Below are positions 34,821-49,028 of a stretch of 64,000 nt of DNA, in pieces. Below the pieces are notes generated by a model. The model was not told where the DNA came from and did not search any database. It was given only the letters and a program-made list of their open reading frames with translations. The stretch lies in NCBI GenBank assembly GCA_028534125.1, contig CM052817.1, positions 62,436,001-62,500,000 of the forward strand, read 5' to 3'. The stretch comes from Lama glama (Eukaryota). How positions within the stretch are numbered: the first letter of the stretch is position 1; each line of letters opens with the position of its first letter. Both the position numbers and the translations under genes were made by a program.

Positions 34821-36667
34821 CATATTCTTGCTTTTATTTTTAAGTTTGGCTTCCTAGGACTCACCTAGGAGATCAGAATTTAGTGGCCAGCAATGATCTG
34901 TCAGTAAATATTCTTATATGCAATTTCTGTTTATTTTATTTTTCACCTCCTTCAAGGGGATCTGCGACTGTTGGAAGACACATCCAAACTTTAGGCAGAG
35001 TGCAAGACATCATTAGCTTTCACTTTTTGCTTCCACAGAGTTATAAGTTCAGTCAATATAAGGTCAGTGAATGACTACCACCTTCTCCTTTCCTATGTCT
35101 TTCATGGGATTGGGCCCAGCCTTTGAGATCCCCATGAATGTGTTGGAGAATTTCAGAGTTCCCTGTGTTCATCCGGTTCTTCAGGATTTTTTTTTTTAAT
35201 TTCCCCCTCTCCCAGGCTCCTGTTTACTCCAGCTGAACCTCAGTCTTAGGTAGCTGAGATGTTTCCAGTACTTCGCTATCATTTTGATAAAGCCCTGGGA
35301 CTCCCCAGGGCTGAGCTCTGAATCAAATCAAATGACCACCATACCCTGGGAATAGAAATTTTCCAGAGAGCTTTAATTTTTGACAAAATAGTGACTGTGC
35401 TCTGGGGATGGTGCTTTTAAGGGAGCTACAAAAGAGATCAGACCTCTCCATTATTTGCAAAGGCTGGTGACTTTTGATTACCGTAACACTGATTTGGGGA
35501 AATAAGGGAAACCCCAAGCTAAAAATGTTACAGATCATGTTGCTGTACAAAGTTTTAGTAGCTTCTCTTGGAGAGTTTATGCTTAGTTTGTTCTGTGGCT
35601 TTTGTTAATTTCCAGCATCCTGAAATGGTTGATTTTAGTTATTTTGCCTGTATTTTCATAGTTTCAATGAGAGTGAGTTCACAGAGGTCCTCACTGCATC
35701 ATTCCCAAAGTCTGTTTACCTAATATATTTTTAGAAAAAAAGGTACAGTGTGATCTTGTTTATTTTCTCATCTTTGTTAGCTTCTCTTCCTTTTGTCATT
35801 ACTTACTTTCTTGATATCTGCATTTTCAAATAAAATTTATATTTTTCATGCTCTTTCTATTTTGAAGTTTATTAGGACTCTTCTTTCTCTTTTTCTGGTG
35901 AAATATGTATTTGTGAAGGTGTAAGATATACAAGTATCATTACATATTTTTATTGTTTTTGTGCTTGACTTTTACCTATCTTACAAGATTTTATTATGTA
36001 AGCAAGTTCTGTTTTATATTTAATTAATACAGCTTTTCTCAGTGTTCTAGCTTTTCAAATGCTACTTCATTCTGTATTTGGCATTATAAAAAATTGAATT
36101 CCATGGAATTATATACACTTGCTAGTCTTTGTAATTATGAATTCCAGATGGAATAAGATTTACATCTATTAAATTTTTAAAAGTACGTTTATATAAATTC
36201 TCTAACAAAAGATAGAATCATTCAGTGTTATTGTAGTAAATTTACTTCAGTAAGTTTGCATTACATCCTTTGTTTACATTATATCCTTTGCATACCATCA
36301 GTGGGTGAATCATAGCTTGAGAACAATTCAACAATTAATTATGCAGCAATAAAGTCCTCAATATGTATTATCATTTACAATTGTAATTTGCTAGATGATA
36401 CAGATGAGATGTAGCAATGAGTAACATAATTGCCTTTTTAATGCTGTGGTAGGTATACCATGGTCATTAATTATCAATTTGACTAATTATTATTGGTAGC
36501 AGTTAATCTTTGCTCTAATAATTATTGCTGATGAATATACATGTTTTTCCTCTTAACTTTTGCAATGATATGAAGTTGATATATGTGATTACTAAAGCAT
36601 AGATTGTCTAAAACAGAGTTAAATAATTTAAAATGGTAAAGATGTCTCTGAGCTTAGACAGATTTTC

Positions 36668-36795
36668 TTTCTTATATATTCTTTTATTGAGGTGTAGTCA
36701 GTTTACAATTTTATGTCAGTTTCTAGTGTACAGCATAATACTTCAGTCATATAGGAATATACATATGTTCATTTTCATATTCTTTTTCACATGAT
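36668..36795 (-). mobile_element. Short lineage-specific L1 3' end
   Basis: TTTTATTGAGGTGTAGTCAGTTTACAAT...GTGTACAGCATAAT; flanking AGATTTTC at 36660-36667 and 36796-36803. Confidence 0.75.
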
Positions 36796-37109
36796 AGATT
36801 TTCATTAAGCTATTGGAACTGTAAGAAGGCATGTAATATAGTGATTTTTTTCCCAAATATTAAGGTTGCTCCATTTTTCTCTCAGATTTGTTTGTATATC
36901 ACATAGCACTGTGCAAAGCTTCTGGCTGCCTTAAATAGGGGAGTTGTTAATAACTGTGCTTCTATAAATGAGTGAGTGTAATCCTAGCATTGGGGAAAAA
37001 AGAAATAGAAAGTCATAATATGACTCTTAAAAACTCCTTATTATAATTACCAAACTCATATTTACAGATCCCTGGCCAAGACCAAAATAACATTTATAAG
37101 AAGGATGGA

Positions 37110-37200
37110 CCTTATATTTCCTGTATTGCCAGTGTAAGAATTGTGCCTGGCAGGCATTAGATGCTAAATAAGTATTTGTAAAATAAATAATAAATGAATA
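37110..37200 (+). mobile_element. L2 3' end fragment
   Basis: GTGCCTGGCA...TAGATGCTAAATAAGTATTTGTAAAATAAAT. Confidence 0.55.
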
Positions 37201-37788
37201 ATTGAATAGTGAAGTGAACTAAAGCTGGTTAAGTCAGTGAACTTTCATTTGAAGAGATTATTCACTATGTCTTCACAGAAATAACTTCTACCCTCACACT
37301 TACCATTCAGAGACTCTCAGAAAAATACATTGATATCTATTGAATCAGAAACAAAGAATTTGAACCTTATGATGCTGATTTTAAGCAAGGCTTGCTGGTT
37401 CTTGGAACAATAGAAGCTTACAATTACTGTGTGATTTATCAGAAATGACTGTGTCATCAGCACAAACTTCAGTGGACTAATTTAAGAAGTCTGAACCTGT
37501 GCAGCCTATGCAGAAATGTTTTGCTGTAACAATTATATGATGCTTTTGCTCTAAAATGTTTTAAAACAGATATTTTTCTGTTATATTATTCTCATTTTTA
37601 GAGAGGTAATTTAAATATGTTTTATAGTTCAAAATGGGTTTCCAGTAATGCAAATTTAATATGTAGTATTGTGACTGTAGGAAACAAGGATTTAAGTTGA
37701 GGGGGCTTGATTTGTGACTGAATGAGTGACTATCATCCTAGAAATAATTAAATCATATGTTAGTGGTTCCTCTGAGGGAGTATGTGGA

Positions 37789-37823
37789 GTGTGTGTGTGT
37801 CTGTGTGTGTGTGTGTGTGTGTG
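37789..37823. repeat. (TG)n microsatellite
   Basis: Directly visible, one TC interruption. Confidence 0.95.
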
Positions 37824-37979
37824 GTAAATGGTGAGTTCCTACAAACAATACAGGAGAAATACATAAACACTGGTTTGTTGGAATAAAGCCATGGCTATAG
37901 TGCGGCCTCTTAGTTTTTCTTATGATCAGTATTTTCCTCGAAAATGCCACCATTTAAACAACATACAAGATGAAGTGAG

Positions 37980-38280
37980 GGAAAGCGCTGTGGTTAAGAG
38001 CAGGAGTTCTGAGGTCTGAGGGTTGGAGTCTAGCTTCACTCTTTAAGTCTTACTGCAAATTACTTATTTATTCTTAACCTAGTTTCATTATCTTTAAAAC
38101 ACTGGTTATGAAATAAGATGTCATGGGATTATTACGGAGATTTTATGTAGGTAAAGAGCTTATTATGTTTATGATAATAGCACCTGCCTCATAAGGTTGT
38201 TGAGAGGATTGAATGTAAGAAAATTACTTAGTATACATAGTGAGACCTAAATAAATGCTACCTGTCATTTTATAGTTATT
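37980..38280 (+). mobile_element. MIR SINE(s)
   Basis: GTGGTTAAGAGCAGG start; ATAATAGCACCTGCCTCATAAGGTTGTTGAGAGGATT core. Confidence 0.75.
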
Positions 38281-39424
38281 ATTACCAAGTAATTATAATT
38301 TAAATACTCCAAAATTTTTAAATCACATATGAAGATGAATATAAATACTAATACATTTTTAGACAAAATATTTTCAAAACCAACAACATCATGTATATTG
38401 ATTAATTCATCTTAATTTATCAGTAAGCCTATAGAAGATAATTTCTTTCTTTTCTGAAATATGCACTTTAGCTTAATTGCTATTCTCTGTCCTGTAGTAT
38501 GAGGAAGTAAGTGAGCAGAAGGATGGTTCATAGCCAGTCACCTTATTCCTCCAGGTCATTCTAGAGAGAATTCCAATGTGGATTTCACATTGCATCATTG
38601 GTAGGAGTGGTTTATTTGGTCTGGTCTGACTCTTTCTAAATGGATCCATACCAATAACTTATTTGAATTGTGATGTCTTTCAACACTTGACCAAGAATAA
38701 CTTCCCAGATTGGGGAAAACTCTAGTGGTGACAATATTAAAAATTTTTATATTCTAGTCCTGCCTTCTATGACATCATGTTCTTCCTTTAGCTATACTGA
38801 CTACAAGCTCATGACTTGGCAAGTGTTAAAGATTTATCTATTTATTAACATTTTGCTCACAAGAATAAAACTCTTGAAATATTACAGCTCATTTTTAAGA
38901 ATGTCCTTGGGATGGAAAGCAGATATATTCTTTGTCACATTGCATTTTCAGACCATGTAGGTCACTGTCATAAAGCAGTCACCAGAAAAGTTAAATGAAA
39001 CTGCATTATGCAATAGATTTTTTTCATGTTTTGGATACATATATATTTATATAATACCTGATTGTAAATTCTGATGGTAGGTCTAAGAACTTAATGAAGT
39101 GATTGCCAAGCTCTTAAGAAGGTAAGCAAGTTCTGGAATAGGCAGAATTCTATTTTTTGCTGAAATATGGCAAAATTTTAATGTCTACTTTAATGAAGAA
39201 ATTATTCTTTTTCTATTATGGTTAACAATTAAGTGACATATATAGTAGAGCTTCTTGCCATGCCATCCTCTCTAACTGTTTTGCATGCACCATGCATAGA
39301 ATAGAATTAGGATTAGGGGATGCCAATGTATTGAATAGGAAATATCATCTGTTTTTCAACCTAACTGGCTCCAGAGTATTTGCTAGTTGTCTTCAGCTGC
39401 TTTTCTGAGGAGTATATTTGATGG

Positions 39425-39650
39425 TGGTGTGGAGTATAGCATGGAGGCTAAGACCTTAGAAATCAAAACTGATCAAAGCTGGAATTTTTCCAATTTCCAC
39501 TACTCAACAACATTATTCTTTAGTCTTCTTGTCTGTAAAAGGGGTGTAATAATAGTGTATCTGTTATTAAGTGGTTCAGACAGGAAAAAGATAATGTTTA
39601 GCATAAGACCTAGAACACACGAAAATTTATATAGTGAAAACTATTATAAT
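39425..39650 (+). mobile_element. MIR SINE
   Basis: TGTCTGTAAAAGGGGTGTAATAATAGT core and TTTAGCATAAGACCTAGAACAC end. Confidence 0.55.
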
Positions 39651-39664
39651 TATTTCCTCTTACA

Positions 39665-40147
39665 ATTGTTAATTGTATGTATCAACTTGATTAGAAGAAA
39701 GGATGCCCAGATAGCTGTTAAACATTATTCCTGGTTGTGTCTGTTATGGTGTTCCCAAAAGAGATTAGCATTTGAATCAGTAGAATGAGAAAAGAACATG
39801 TCCCCTTACCAATGCAGGTGGGCATTATCCAATCTATTGAGGGCTCAAGTAGAATAAAAAGTCAGAGAATGGGGAATTTTTTTCTCTTTGCTTGAGCTGG
39901 GACATCCATCTCATCTTGCCTTTGTACATCTCTGCTCCTGGTTTTCAGGCCTTTTGACTTAGACTAGGACATACACCTTCGGCTCCCCTAGTTCTCAGGC
40001 CTTTGTACTTGGACTGAATTACTGAACCAGCTTTCCTGGTTCTCCAACTCATGAATGACAGATCATGGGACTTCTTGTAAGTCTCCTCTTACATGTATCT
40101 ATATATATACTAATAGTTCTGTTTCTCTGGAAAATTCTGACTAATAT
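39665..40147 (+). mobile_element. ERVL solo LTR (MLT2 family)
   Basis: GTTAATTGTATGTATCAACTTGA...GGATGCCCAGATAGCTG...GAGATTAGCATTTGAATCAGTAGA...GTTCTGTTTCTCTGGAAAATTCTGACTAATA. Confidence 0.88.
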
Positions 40148-40367
40148 GCCCCTCAAATTATAGCATTCCTTCAATAAATTGTTAGTTTTCTAAAAAATTA
40201 ATTTATCTATTTCTTTTCCTTTCATTATTCAGCATGAGCCACTTCTTACCTAGAAGAGTACATTATATAAACATACTTGTCATAACTTAAGTATTGCTTC
40301 TTTTTATTTGTTATATTTCATATTTATTACAGCTTTAAATGAGTTTCTTTCCTTATTGTGTGAGTGT

Positions 40368-41085
40368 CCATTCAGTCAGTCAGTTCACGCTGAACACACC
40401 CTGTGTGCCAGTTATTGCACTAAGAGCTGGGATTAAAAAAGTGTAGAAGATAAATAGGAGCCCTGCCTTCATAGAACTTCCAGTTTAGTGGCAGAGACAG
40501 ACCTGAAAACAGGCAATTGCCCTACCATATAATATGTACCCAAATGGAAGGAGCCCCATGGTTGGTATTGAAGAAATAATGTTTAAACAAAGACCTAAGT
40601 GTTGAATTGGAGCTGGCCAAGAAAAATATGAGGAGAGAATTATTCCACACAGAAGAAACAGAATGTGCAAAAATCTCTAAAGAAGAGTGAATATGGTGTG
40701 TTCAAGAAACTTAAATAAAGTAGTTTTGTTTTTTATAAGAAGGTAGCAAGAAATGAGGGTGCAAAAGTAAACAAAGGCAAGATCATGAGTGACTTTTTAT
40801 AAAGTTTTGAAAAAATTTGATTTTTATCCTAAGAGAGAAAGGAAGCCACTGAAGGATATCAAGTAAGATAAGGGATGATAGCTACTTGTTTAGGTAGTGT
40901 AATTTGGGGGCAGAGGGAACTGAGGGAAGGAGGTCAAGCCTAAAGGCAAAGGAACAATGTAGAAGATTATTGTAGTAAAGCAGGTAGTACAGCCTGGACA
41001 GGTAGACCAAAATGATGGCAGAAGGGATGAGGAGAAGCAAAGGGACTTGACAGATGTCTACAAAGTTTACTGATCAAAATTTCAC
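40368..41085 (-). mobile_element. L2 3' region
   Basis: TGTGTGCCAG...CCCTGCCTTCATAGAACTT...AACAGAATGTGCAAA...GGAAGCCACTGAAGG. Confidence 0.8.
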
Positions 41086-41160
41086 AAAAGTTTGATGGTA
41101 TCTGTAGTTGCAATAATCATAATAGGTCCACTTCTAGGTTATCAAAATCATGAGCAAAAA

Positions 41161-44100
41161 TCATTTGTAGTATTACCTTATTATCACTTTAATGACTGCA
41201 AGATATCCAGTGATAATCCGCTGATTCATTCCTGATTTTGGTGATTTGTGTCTTCTCTCTTTTTATATTTGTCTGTGTTGTTAGAGTTTTATCGATTTCA
41301 TTGATTAAAAAAGAAAGAGAGAGAGAGAGCAGCTTCTCCCTCCCCTCTCCCCACCTAGTGACTTTTTTTTTTTTTTTTACTGTTTTCTTATTTTCAGTTT
41401 CACTAACTTCTGATCTTCTCTTTTTGTTTGTTTGTTCGTTCCCTTCTACTTGCCTTGGGTTTATTTTGCTCTTTCTTTTTCTGGTTTCCTGAGGTAGAAA
41501 CACAGGTTGTTGATTTGGGATCTTTAAAAGTTTCTCATGTAAGTGTATTGTGCTGTAAATTTCCCTCTCAGTACTGCTTTAGCTAGATCTAATATAATTT
41601 ATTAAACTGTATTTTGTTTTCATTTTACTGTATGTATTTTGAATTTCCTTTGTGACCCCCTCTTTGACCCATGGATTATTTAGAAGTGATTTCTATTGTT
41701 TAATATCCATGTGTCTAGAGATTTACCTGTTTTCTTTGTGTTATTTATTTCTAATTTTATTCCACCATGGTCATATTCTATGTGATTAGAATTCCTTTAA
41801 ATTTGCTGAGGTTTGTTTAAATGCTTAGGATATGGTGTGTCTTGGTGAGTGTTTCATGGATGCATGAAAAAAGTGTATTGTATTATTATTAAATAGACAG
41901 CTTTATATATGTGAATTAGATCCTGTTGATTGATTATGGATCTTCTTTTTTCTTTACTAATCTTCTGTCTAGTAATTTTATCAGTTTCTGAGAGAAAGGT
42001 GTGGAAATTCCTGAAATGGATTAATTTATTTCTCCTTTCAGCTCTATCAGTTTTTGCTTCATGTATTTTCAGGCTATTTTGTTTGATGCTTTCAGCAGAT
42101 TGGTATTTTTTCAATATATTATTATTTTATGTTTCAATATATATTAACCTGTATTTGTCTCCAGTAATTCTCTTTACTGTAAAGTTTACTTTATCAGATA
42201 TTAATACTGTCCACCTTTTGTTGATTAATGCTTATATTACAGTCACTTCTACCCTTTGTTGATTAATGTTTATGTTATATATCTTTTTCCATCCTCTTGC
42301 TTTCTATTTACCTATGTTGAATTTGAAGGGTTTTTATAAGCAGCATAAAGTTGAACTATGCTGCTTTATCCACTCTGCTGATCTCTGTGTTTAGACTGGT
42401 GTGTCTTTAACAATTTACTTGTAATTATTGATATGTTGGTACTTACAGCTATTTTATTGCTTGTTTCCTGCTTATTACCTTTGGTTCTCATTCATTTGCC
42501 TTTACATCTCCTTTCTTGCCTTCGCATTGGTTACTAGAACATTTTTAAAGATACACTCTTGCTTTATCTATAGTGTTTTTAAGTGTATCTCTTCATAAAA
42601 TTTCATTGGGGTTGCCCTGGGCATCACTACACATACACACATACACACACCACAACTTATCACAGTCTACTGGTATAAATGTTTATCCACTTCTAGTGGA
42701 AGCCTTTATTCCACTTGTGTCTTTATTTTCCCAGTTTTAAATATTAATATCTTGAATAGTATCAGATGATATTATAATTTTATTTCAATTATCAAATACA
42801 ATTTATGAAACTTATGAGGAAAAGATTGTCTGTTGTATTATGCATCTTCCTGCTCTTTGCATTGATCATTCTTCCTTCTTAACGTTTCAGAATTATTTCT
42901 CTTGTCATTTTGTTTTTCCTTGAAGAAATTCCTTTGGCCAACCTTTAAAGGTAGGTTTGCTAGTAATAAATTATTTTAGTTTTCTTTTGTGTGAGATTGT
43001 TTATTTTTTCCTTTGTTCCTGCAGGATAATCTTGCCATATATAGAATCTGTGGCTCATAGCTTTTATCTTTCAGTACTTAAAAAAATGTTGTCATTTTCT
43101 TTTGGCCTCCAAAGTTTCAGGTGAGAAATTTACATCTGAATTGGTATTACTGTATGGTTAATATTTCTTGTCTTTCTGATTGCTTTCAATATTTTTGTCT
43201 TTTTTTTTAAGTTTAATTAAGATATATCTTGGCATGAATTTCTTGGGTTTATTCTGTTGGAGTTTGTTCAAATTCTTGGATCTGTGGGTTTGCATTTTTT
43301 GCCAGATTTGGAAAGTTTTTAGTCGTTACTTTTACAAATACTCTTTTAGACGTACTCTGTTTCTCATCTTCTCCTGGGACTCTGATGATATGAATATTGG
43401 AACTTTTGTTATTTTCCCTCAGGTCTGTGAAGCTCTGCTACACATTTTCAGTCTATTTTTTTTCTTTCTTGTTCAGATTGGGTGAATTCTATGATTTGTC
43501 TTCAGTTCACTGTTTCTAATCTCTCTAATCGTCACTCTACTGTTGTGCCCTTCCAGTGAAGGTTTTTTTTAATATGATTTTTGTAACGCTATAATCTGTA
43601 CTTGGTTCTATTTTATAAGTTATCTTTTTTGCTCTTATATTCTATCTGCCATTTGTTTCAAAATAATTTGGCACTGAATATTGAAGCATGGTTAACCATG
43701 GCTGACTGAAAGTCCTTATCAGATGATCCCAACATCTGACTCATTCTAATGTTTACATCAGATGATTGTCTTTCTCATTCAACTTGTGATTGTCTTGTTT
43801 CTTGGTATAACAAGTGATTCTTTTTTTATCCTAAAGAATTTGCCTATTAAGTTAGGAAATTCTAGGTTCTATTTAATATTTAAATTTTTTAACAGATAGT
43901 CACCCTGTTTTAAGTTTTAGCTTACCTTTTTGAGCTGTAGTTCCAATGTCAGTTTAAATTTCAGAGACTTTATGGTGGTAGTTTGGTCAGCTTGGTTTAT
44001 TTGTGCTCCTGGCATTCCCACTTGTCTCTGCTGGTGCTGCCTGAGGGAGTACAATCGGATCCTCATCCCAGTTGCTGGGTGTCTCAAGGTTTAGATGGAT

Positions 44101-45344
44101 GGTGTGAGATCTACCTATTCATGCCTCCTGGCTTCCCAGTTTTTCTCAGAAAAGAAGGGGCTTTATAGGCCTACAGTGTACGAGAGACCTCCTAGGTCTG
44201 GCATCTTGTTACTGGGTGCATCTTGCTGATTCTACCACCAGCCCCAGTGCCTCCAGACAAGGAGGGGTTTTCAGGACCTGCATGATTACTGTGGTTGGGT
44301 CCTTTGTTTTACTCAGTTTTGGCTGCTATAATAAAATACCATAAACTTTGTGACTTAAACATCAAACATTCATTTCTCACAGTTCTAGAGGCTAGAAATC
44401 CCACAGTCAGTGCCAGCATGGCTGGATTCTTGGTGAGAGTCCTCTTCCTGGTTTACAGATGGCAACTTTCTTGCTTTATCATCACAGGGAAGAGAGAGCT
44501 CTGGTCCCTTCATCTCCTTGTATGGACATAGATCCCATCATGGGGGCTCCACTTTCATGACCTTATTTAATCTAATGACCTCCCAAAGGTCCCACCTCCA
44601 AATATCATAACATTGGGAATTAGGAATTCAACAAAGAATTTTGAGGGGAACACAAACATTTAGTCCATAGCAGCCCTTACTGCCTCTTTTCCGCCACCTG
44701 CCCCAATTTCTCCTGGAGTCGAGAGGCAGTGGCAGTCTGGTAAAAGACACCTCTCTGGAAGGACTACTTGCTGTGGCTCAGTCCCTCTTGCGGGTTCTTC
44801 TGGTTTCTCTTGACCATTCAGTGCTTCTGGGCAGAAAAGGAGTATCTCAGGATCAAAGATGCTTCCCAGGCCAGGCCACTTGTGACTGAGTCCCTCCTGC
44901 TGATCCTGCTCACCATCCCTAGCACTCTTAGAGGAAGAGGAGAATCTTAGTCTGGTGAAGAAGAAGAGTGCTTCCCCGGATACTTTTTGTTGGTAAGGAT
45001 ACTTACTGATCCCCTTTCTGTGGTATCAGGCTTGCCTAATACTGTCAGAGGGATTCCCATTTGATCTTAGAAGAAAATTGAATTTATCTGGGCTGCTTGA
45101 TTGGGATTGGCAAATGCGAGTCCTGGGGGGGCCTTCTTCTACTAGGTGGGAGGGACATAAGATATCCTGCTGCTGTGTTTTTCCTCCAATTTTGAGGTCC
45201 AAAACCAGTTTGCCTTTTGATCACCTTTCAGAATTATCCTTTGGTGGTCAGTCACATTATCTCCAGAATTTAAAGCTGTGCTTACTTAGCAGGGAAGAGC
45301 TAGGAGAAGTGGCCCTGTACACTATTGTGTGGATCAGAAGTCCC
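41161..45344 (-). mobile_element. Old L1 (L1MC/L1MD-like), 5'UTR through endonuclease region, degraded; interrupted by MLT1A
   Basis: Minus ORFs 41189-41503 (INEIDKTL...KREKTQITKIRNE) and 41854-42114 (FHTFLSETDKITRQKISK...INQQDLIHIY) are L1 ORF2p remnants. Confidence 0.85.
44305..44672 (-). mobile_element. MaLR solo LTR (MLT1A0-like) nested in L1
   Basis: TG...CA ends; GGCTGCTATAATAAAATACCATAAACT, TTTCTCACAGTTCTAGAGGCT, CCCACCTCCAAATATCAT, ACACAAACATTTAGTCCATAGCA. Confidence 0.85.
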
Positions 45345-47095
45345 ATTCGATTTGCTTTTCACAATTTGGTTTTAATAGCTATGCAATGAGTACACTTAAT
45401 GCCCAAGATCCATCCCTCAAATATATTTGAATTTTTCATTTATCATTTTCTCTAATACCAAATTTTAAAGCAGTGCTGCAGTTCTATAACAATATAATAT
45501 TATTCCCCTATTAGCAATTCTCTAAGATTTGTTTCAGGTTTTAAAATCCCTTGATGATGACCTGATCTTGCTTTGTAGCTTAAGTGCAGTTTCCTGATAC
45601 CTCAACCAACCAAAGCTGTGCAGAACTTACTGTTCACTCGGGCCTTCTGTTAGAATGAGATTGAGTGGCTTTGCATAAACTGAAAAGGTAGGAAAGGATA
45701 AGAAGGATATAAATTAAATTAGCACTTATATTTAAAAACATATTTTGGTGGAGAAATATGATGTTTGTCAAGAACAATGATAGAAGCCCTGAAATTGTTG
45801 AAACTATTGTGAATATTTCCTTTAACAGTTAGATATAGATTGAGAGCAAACAAAATACCGTATGAAGAGATATACCTCTAACAAGTAATTTTCCAGCAAA
45901 GTTTTTCTAAGTTCTATGAGGACAAATAAAATTGTTAATTAAATGTTTAATGTTATTTATATGAAGCATAAGGGTTTAGGGTTACCTGTCTAGTGTAGCC
46001 AAGTTGTGTATTTATGGGCTGTTATCCAAACTTCAAATTAGAAAACATTGAGCAACATGTGCACATTGAATCTGTGTCCATTTTACAATATTTGCTGCAT
46101 AATTTTACTCAGTAAATTATTAAGGCTTTATGACATTGCTGGGCATATATATGATTGATTTGTTGCCAAGACATTAGTTAGGAAGGCAATACCTAATTAT
46201 AACTTTTTCATGGGAAATCAGTTTCATTTATATGGCATGGTTCCCACTAGAAAATTATGGAGGAAAGTGGGAACTACTATGAATAAATATTTCTGTGCAT
46301 AAACACATTCACTGAATAACTGAAATATAAATTACTCAGATAAAAATTTGATCAAATTATATGGATCTGAAACGATCACATTATATATTATGCACCAATT
46401 TGAAATTATTAGCATCACCTTTGATTTACCAGCAGTAGGTATTTGATCCAAAAATCTCTTCATCATTGACTCTAATGTACTACTCTGTCAAGCAGATTTT
46501 GTCTTTTTTTTTTCTTTATGGTATCTAGAGCTAAGAGGATTTTAATCTGAACATTTATTCTGAGAAAATCTAATTCACTTCTCCAAGTGCTCAGGATTAC
46601 TCTTTTGGCAGCTATGGAAGCCCTGGAGGAGCCACTCACTCTCTCAGTCTAGTGTGCTGAACAAATTATTATTTCCCAAAATAATAATCAATTAAGCCAA
46701 CATTAAAAAGTTAGTACCTGTATCAATCTCAGGAGACAAGTTACAATATTTCTCCAAAGAGCTGCCACCTAAGGACAATGCTTTCTTAGCTTGCATGATT
46801 ACGCTACTTTCATATTATGTTTTTATGGTCTGTTTGTGCTAGATGTTACCTGCTAACCACTTCTACTAGTACTACTCACTACCACACATACTCACTTGCT
46901 TTCATATATATTCACACCACGTACATTTTTTTAACCTATACATTTTGGCATTTCATTTTAAAAATTGTCTTGGGATACAAAAGAGCTGTATTCTTTTTCT
47001 AGTTTTTAAATAAATACTGTGTGACCTTAAGGAATTCATTTCACTTTTGTATGACACATTTTCCATATTTGAAAAGTGAAAATGTTGGACTAGGT

Positions 47096-47305
47096 CATAA
47101 GTTAGCAAACTAAGGCCTTTCAACCAGCCATCTGTTTTGGTAAATAAAGTTTTATTGAAACACATCCATGCTCATTCATTTATGCATGGTCTACAACTTC
47201 ATTCACACTGCATCATCAGATTTGAGTAGCTGTGACAGAGATCATATAGCCTGCATGCATAAATATTTGCTGCCTGTACCTTTAAGAAAATGTTTGTCAG
47301 TTCTG
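47096..47305 (+). mobile_element. hAT MITE (MER58A-like)
   Basis: TGTTTTGGTAAATAAAGTTTTATTGAAACACATCCATGCTCATTCATTTA; degenerate 8-bp TSD GACTAGGT/GAGTAGAT. Confidence 0.85.
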
Positions 47306-47601
47306 GAGTAGATGATCAATAAGGTCTTTTCCAGGTGTATTCACATCACTCAAGAAGATTCTGATAGGAAAAGATCTTAGTCTTCCTATCAGGGATGATG
47401 ATAAAAATTTTTAAATTATTTTGTTATGTATTCTAAAATTCTTCTCCATGAATCCAAAGGACAAAAATCAACTTGATATATTTAAATAGTGGAATTGTCT
47501 CAAGTTATAGTCTATTGAGTAATCACAGAGTGCTAAACCCAGTAGTAGTCATATTTTTAGTAATTTGTCCATTTTTTCCAGTGCTTCAATTTTGTCATCT
47601 T

Positions 47602-47768
47602 TTTATTTTTTAGTTGAAGTATAGTCGGTTAACAATGTTGTGTTAATTTCTGGTGTACAGGATAGTGATTCAGTATACAAATGTATATATATATTCCTCT
47701 TCATTTTCTTTTTATTATAGGCTATTACAAGATATTGAATATAGTTCCCTGTGCTATACAGTTGGACC
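47602..47768 (-). mobile_element. Lineage-specific L1 3' end with 10-bp TSD
   Basis: TTGAAGTATAGTCGGTTAACAATGTTGTGTTAATTTCTGGTGTACAG...GATATTGAATATAGTTCCCTGTGCTATACAG; TTGTCATCTT at 47592-47601 and 47769-47778. Confidence 0.88.
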
Positions 47769-48472
47769 TTGTCATCTTAATTATAAGAGATGTAGCATAA
47801 TCTTAAATCAATCTACATTTATTAGGAGACTTTTATTCAAAGTCCATTTGGGTCCATTTAGAGAGTTAAAACACAGCCACACCCCTCAAATAATCAGAAA
47901 TCAAATGTAATAAAAAACATAAAATACAAGTATAAGTAATTAAAATTCATAAACTCATAGAAAATGAAATATGAATATATAGAGAGAGACGTGTATGTGT
48001 GTGTACATTATTGGAAGAGGGTATTAACAGTGAAGGCTTGAATTTTATTATATATCAGGGAAGAAGACTGGCATTCATATTGGATTGGTGCTTCAATAAT
48101 ATGTTCTTTTTTTCTGTGACTTTCAAAGTAGTAAAATGACAATATGTCAAGTAACCATTGGGAAGTGATGAACTGTCAATTTCAAATTAGTAAAAACTTT
48201 AAAATCTGTGATCAGGAAGTTAAATTTCACAAAGAGGTAAACTGAGAATTACTGCAGCATTAGGAGGAAGATAATGAAAGCATTAATTTATTGTAAAACT
48301 TTTGGACTGAAAAATGAAAATGCATTAAGGAGCACTACCTAAGTCACACAAAAGATACCTAGGACATTTTATAAACTAACAGTGGAATCTCTCTTCTCTC
48401 TTACTTCTCAAAAAACCATTATCAGCTGAGTTATTGTAAACATTTATCTTAAATACAGTTTATATAGAAAAT

Positions 48473-48660
48473 TGTGATAGATTTTTGCCCAAAATGGCCA
48501 TAACTAGTCCCTTTTTGATATCCACATCCCATGGGTTGTGATTTTGGACGTCTTTCTATTAGGATATGGAGTCTTTTCTCCTGCAGTTTAAATCTGGGCT
48601 GGCCTCAGATCGATCTGGTTTGGCCAATGTAATTCAACAGAACTGATTGTAGCAATCTTT
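48473..48660 (+). mobile_element. MaLR LTR 5' fragment (MLT1F/G-like)
   Basis: TGTGATAGAT...CAAAATGGCCA...TGGAGTCTTTTCTCC...AATCTGGGCTGGCCT...TTTGGCCAAT. Confidence 0.6.
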
Positions 48661-49028
48661 AACTAACACACTGTCACTAGGTATGGTGCACAGGGCTTTA
48701 GCTGACCTGGGAACTGTGGCCCGTTTGCTATAGCAGAGGCTGTACATGCATGTGTATTTTTAAATCTGTCTTGAGAATTTATTTTTTTTTAAATTCTTAT
48801 TCCTTTAATGTTTCTTCTTTATATATGAAAATAAGGAGACAGGATTTTATTACAATAACAAAACATTCACATACCACCAAAAGATTACTCCCATTCTTCA
48901 AAATAGCATCATCAGATGTGCATGACACATACAATTTTTAAACTAGAGTTGATACTAATAACACTTTGTGCATTAAAATATTTGACATGGATGGAAATTA
49001 TGTACCCATAAAACTATGTATTGGTCAG

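Larger units (their letters stand above)
31900..35712 (-). mobile_element. Old L1 (L1MC/L1M4-like), 5'UTR to mid-ORF2, degraded
   Basis: Long T-rich antisense ORF2 (TTCCTTAGGATTTTCT..., CTATTCCTAGTTTGTTGA, TATTGAAATCTCCAACTAT); many stops and frameshifts. Confidence 0.85.
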
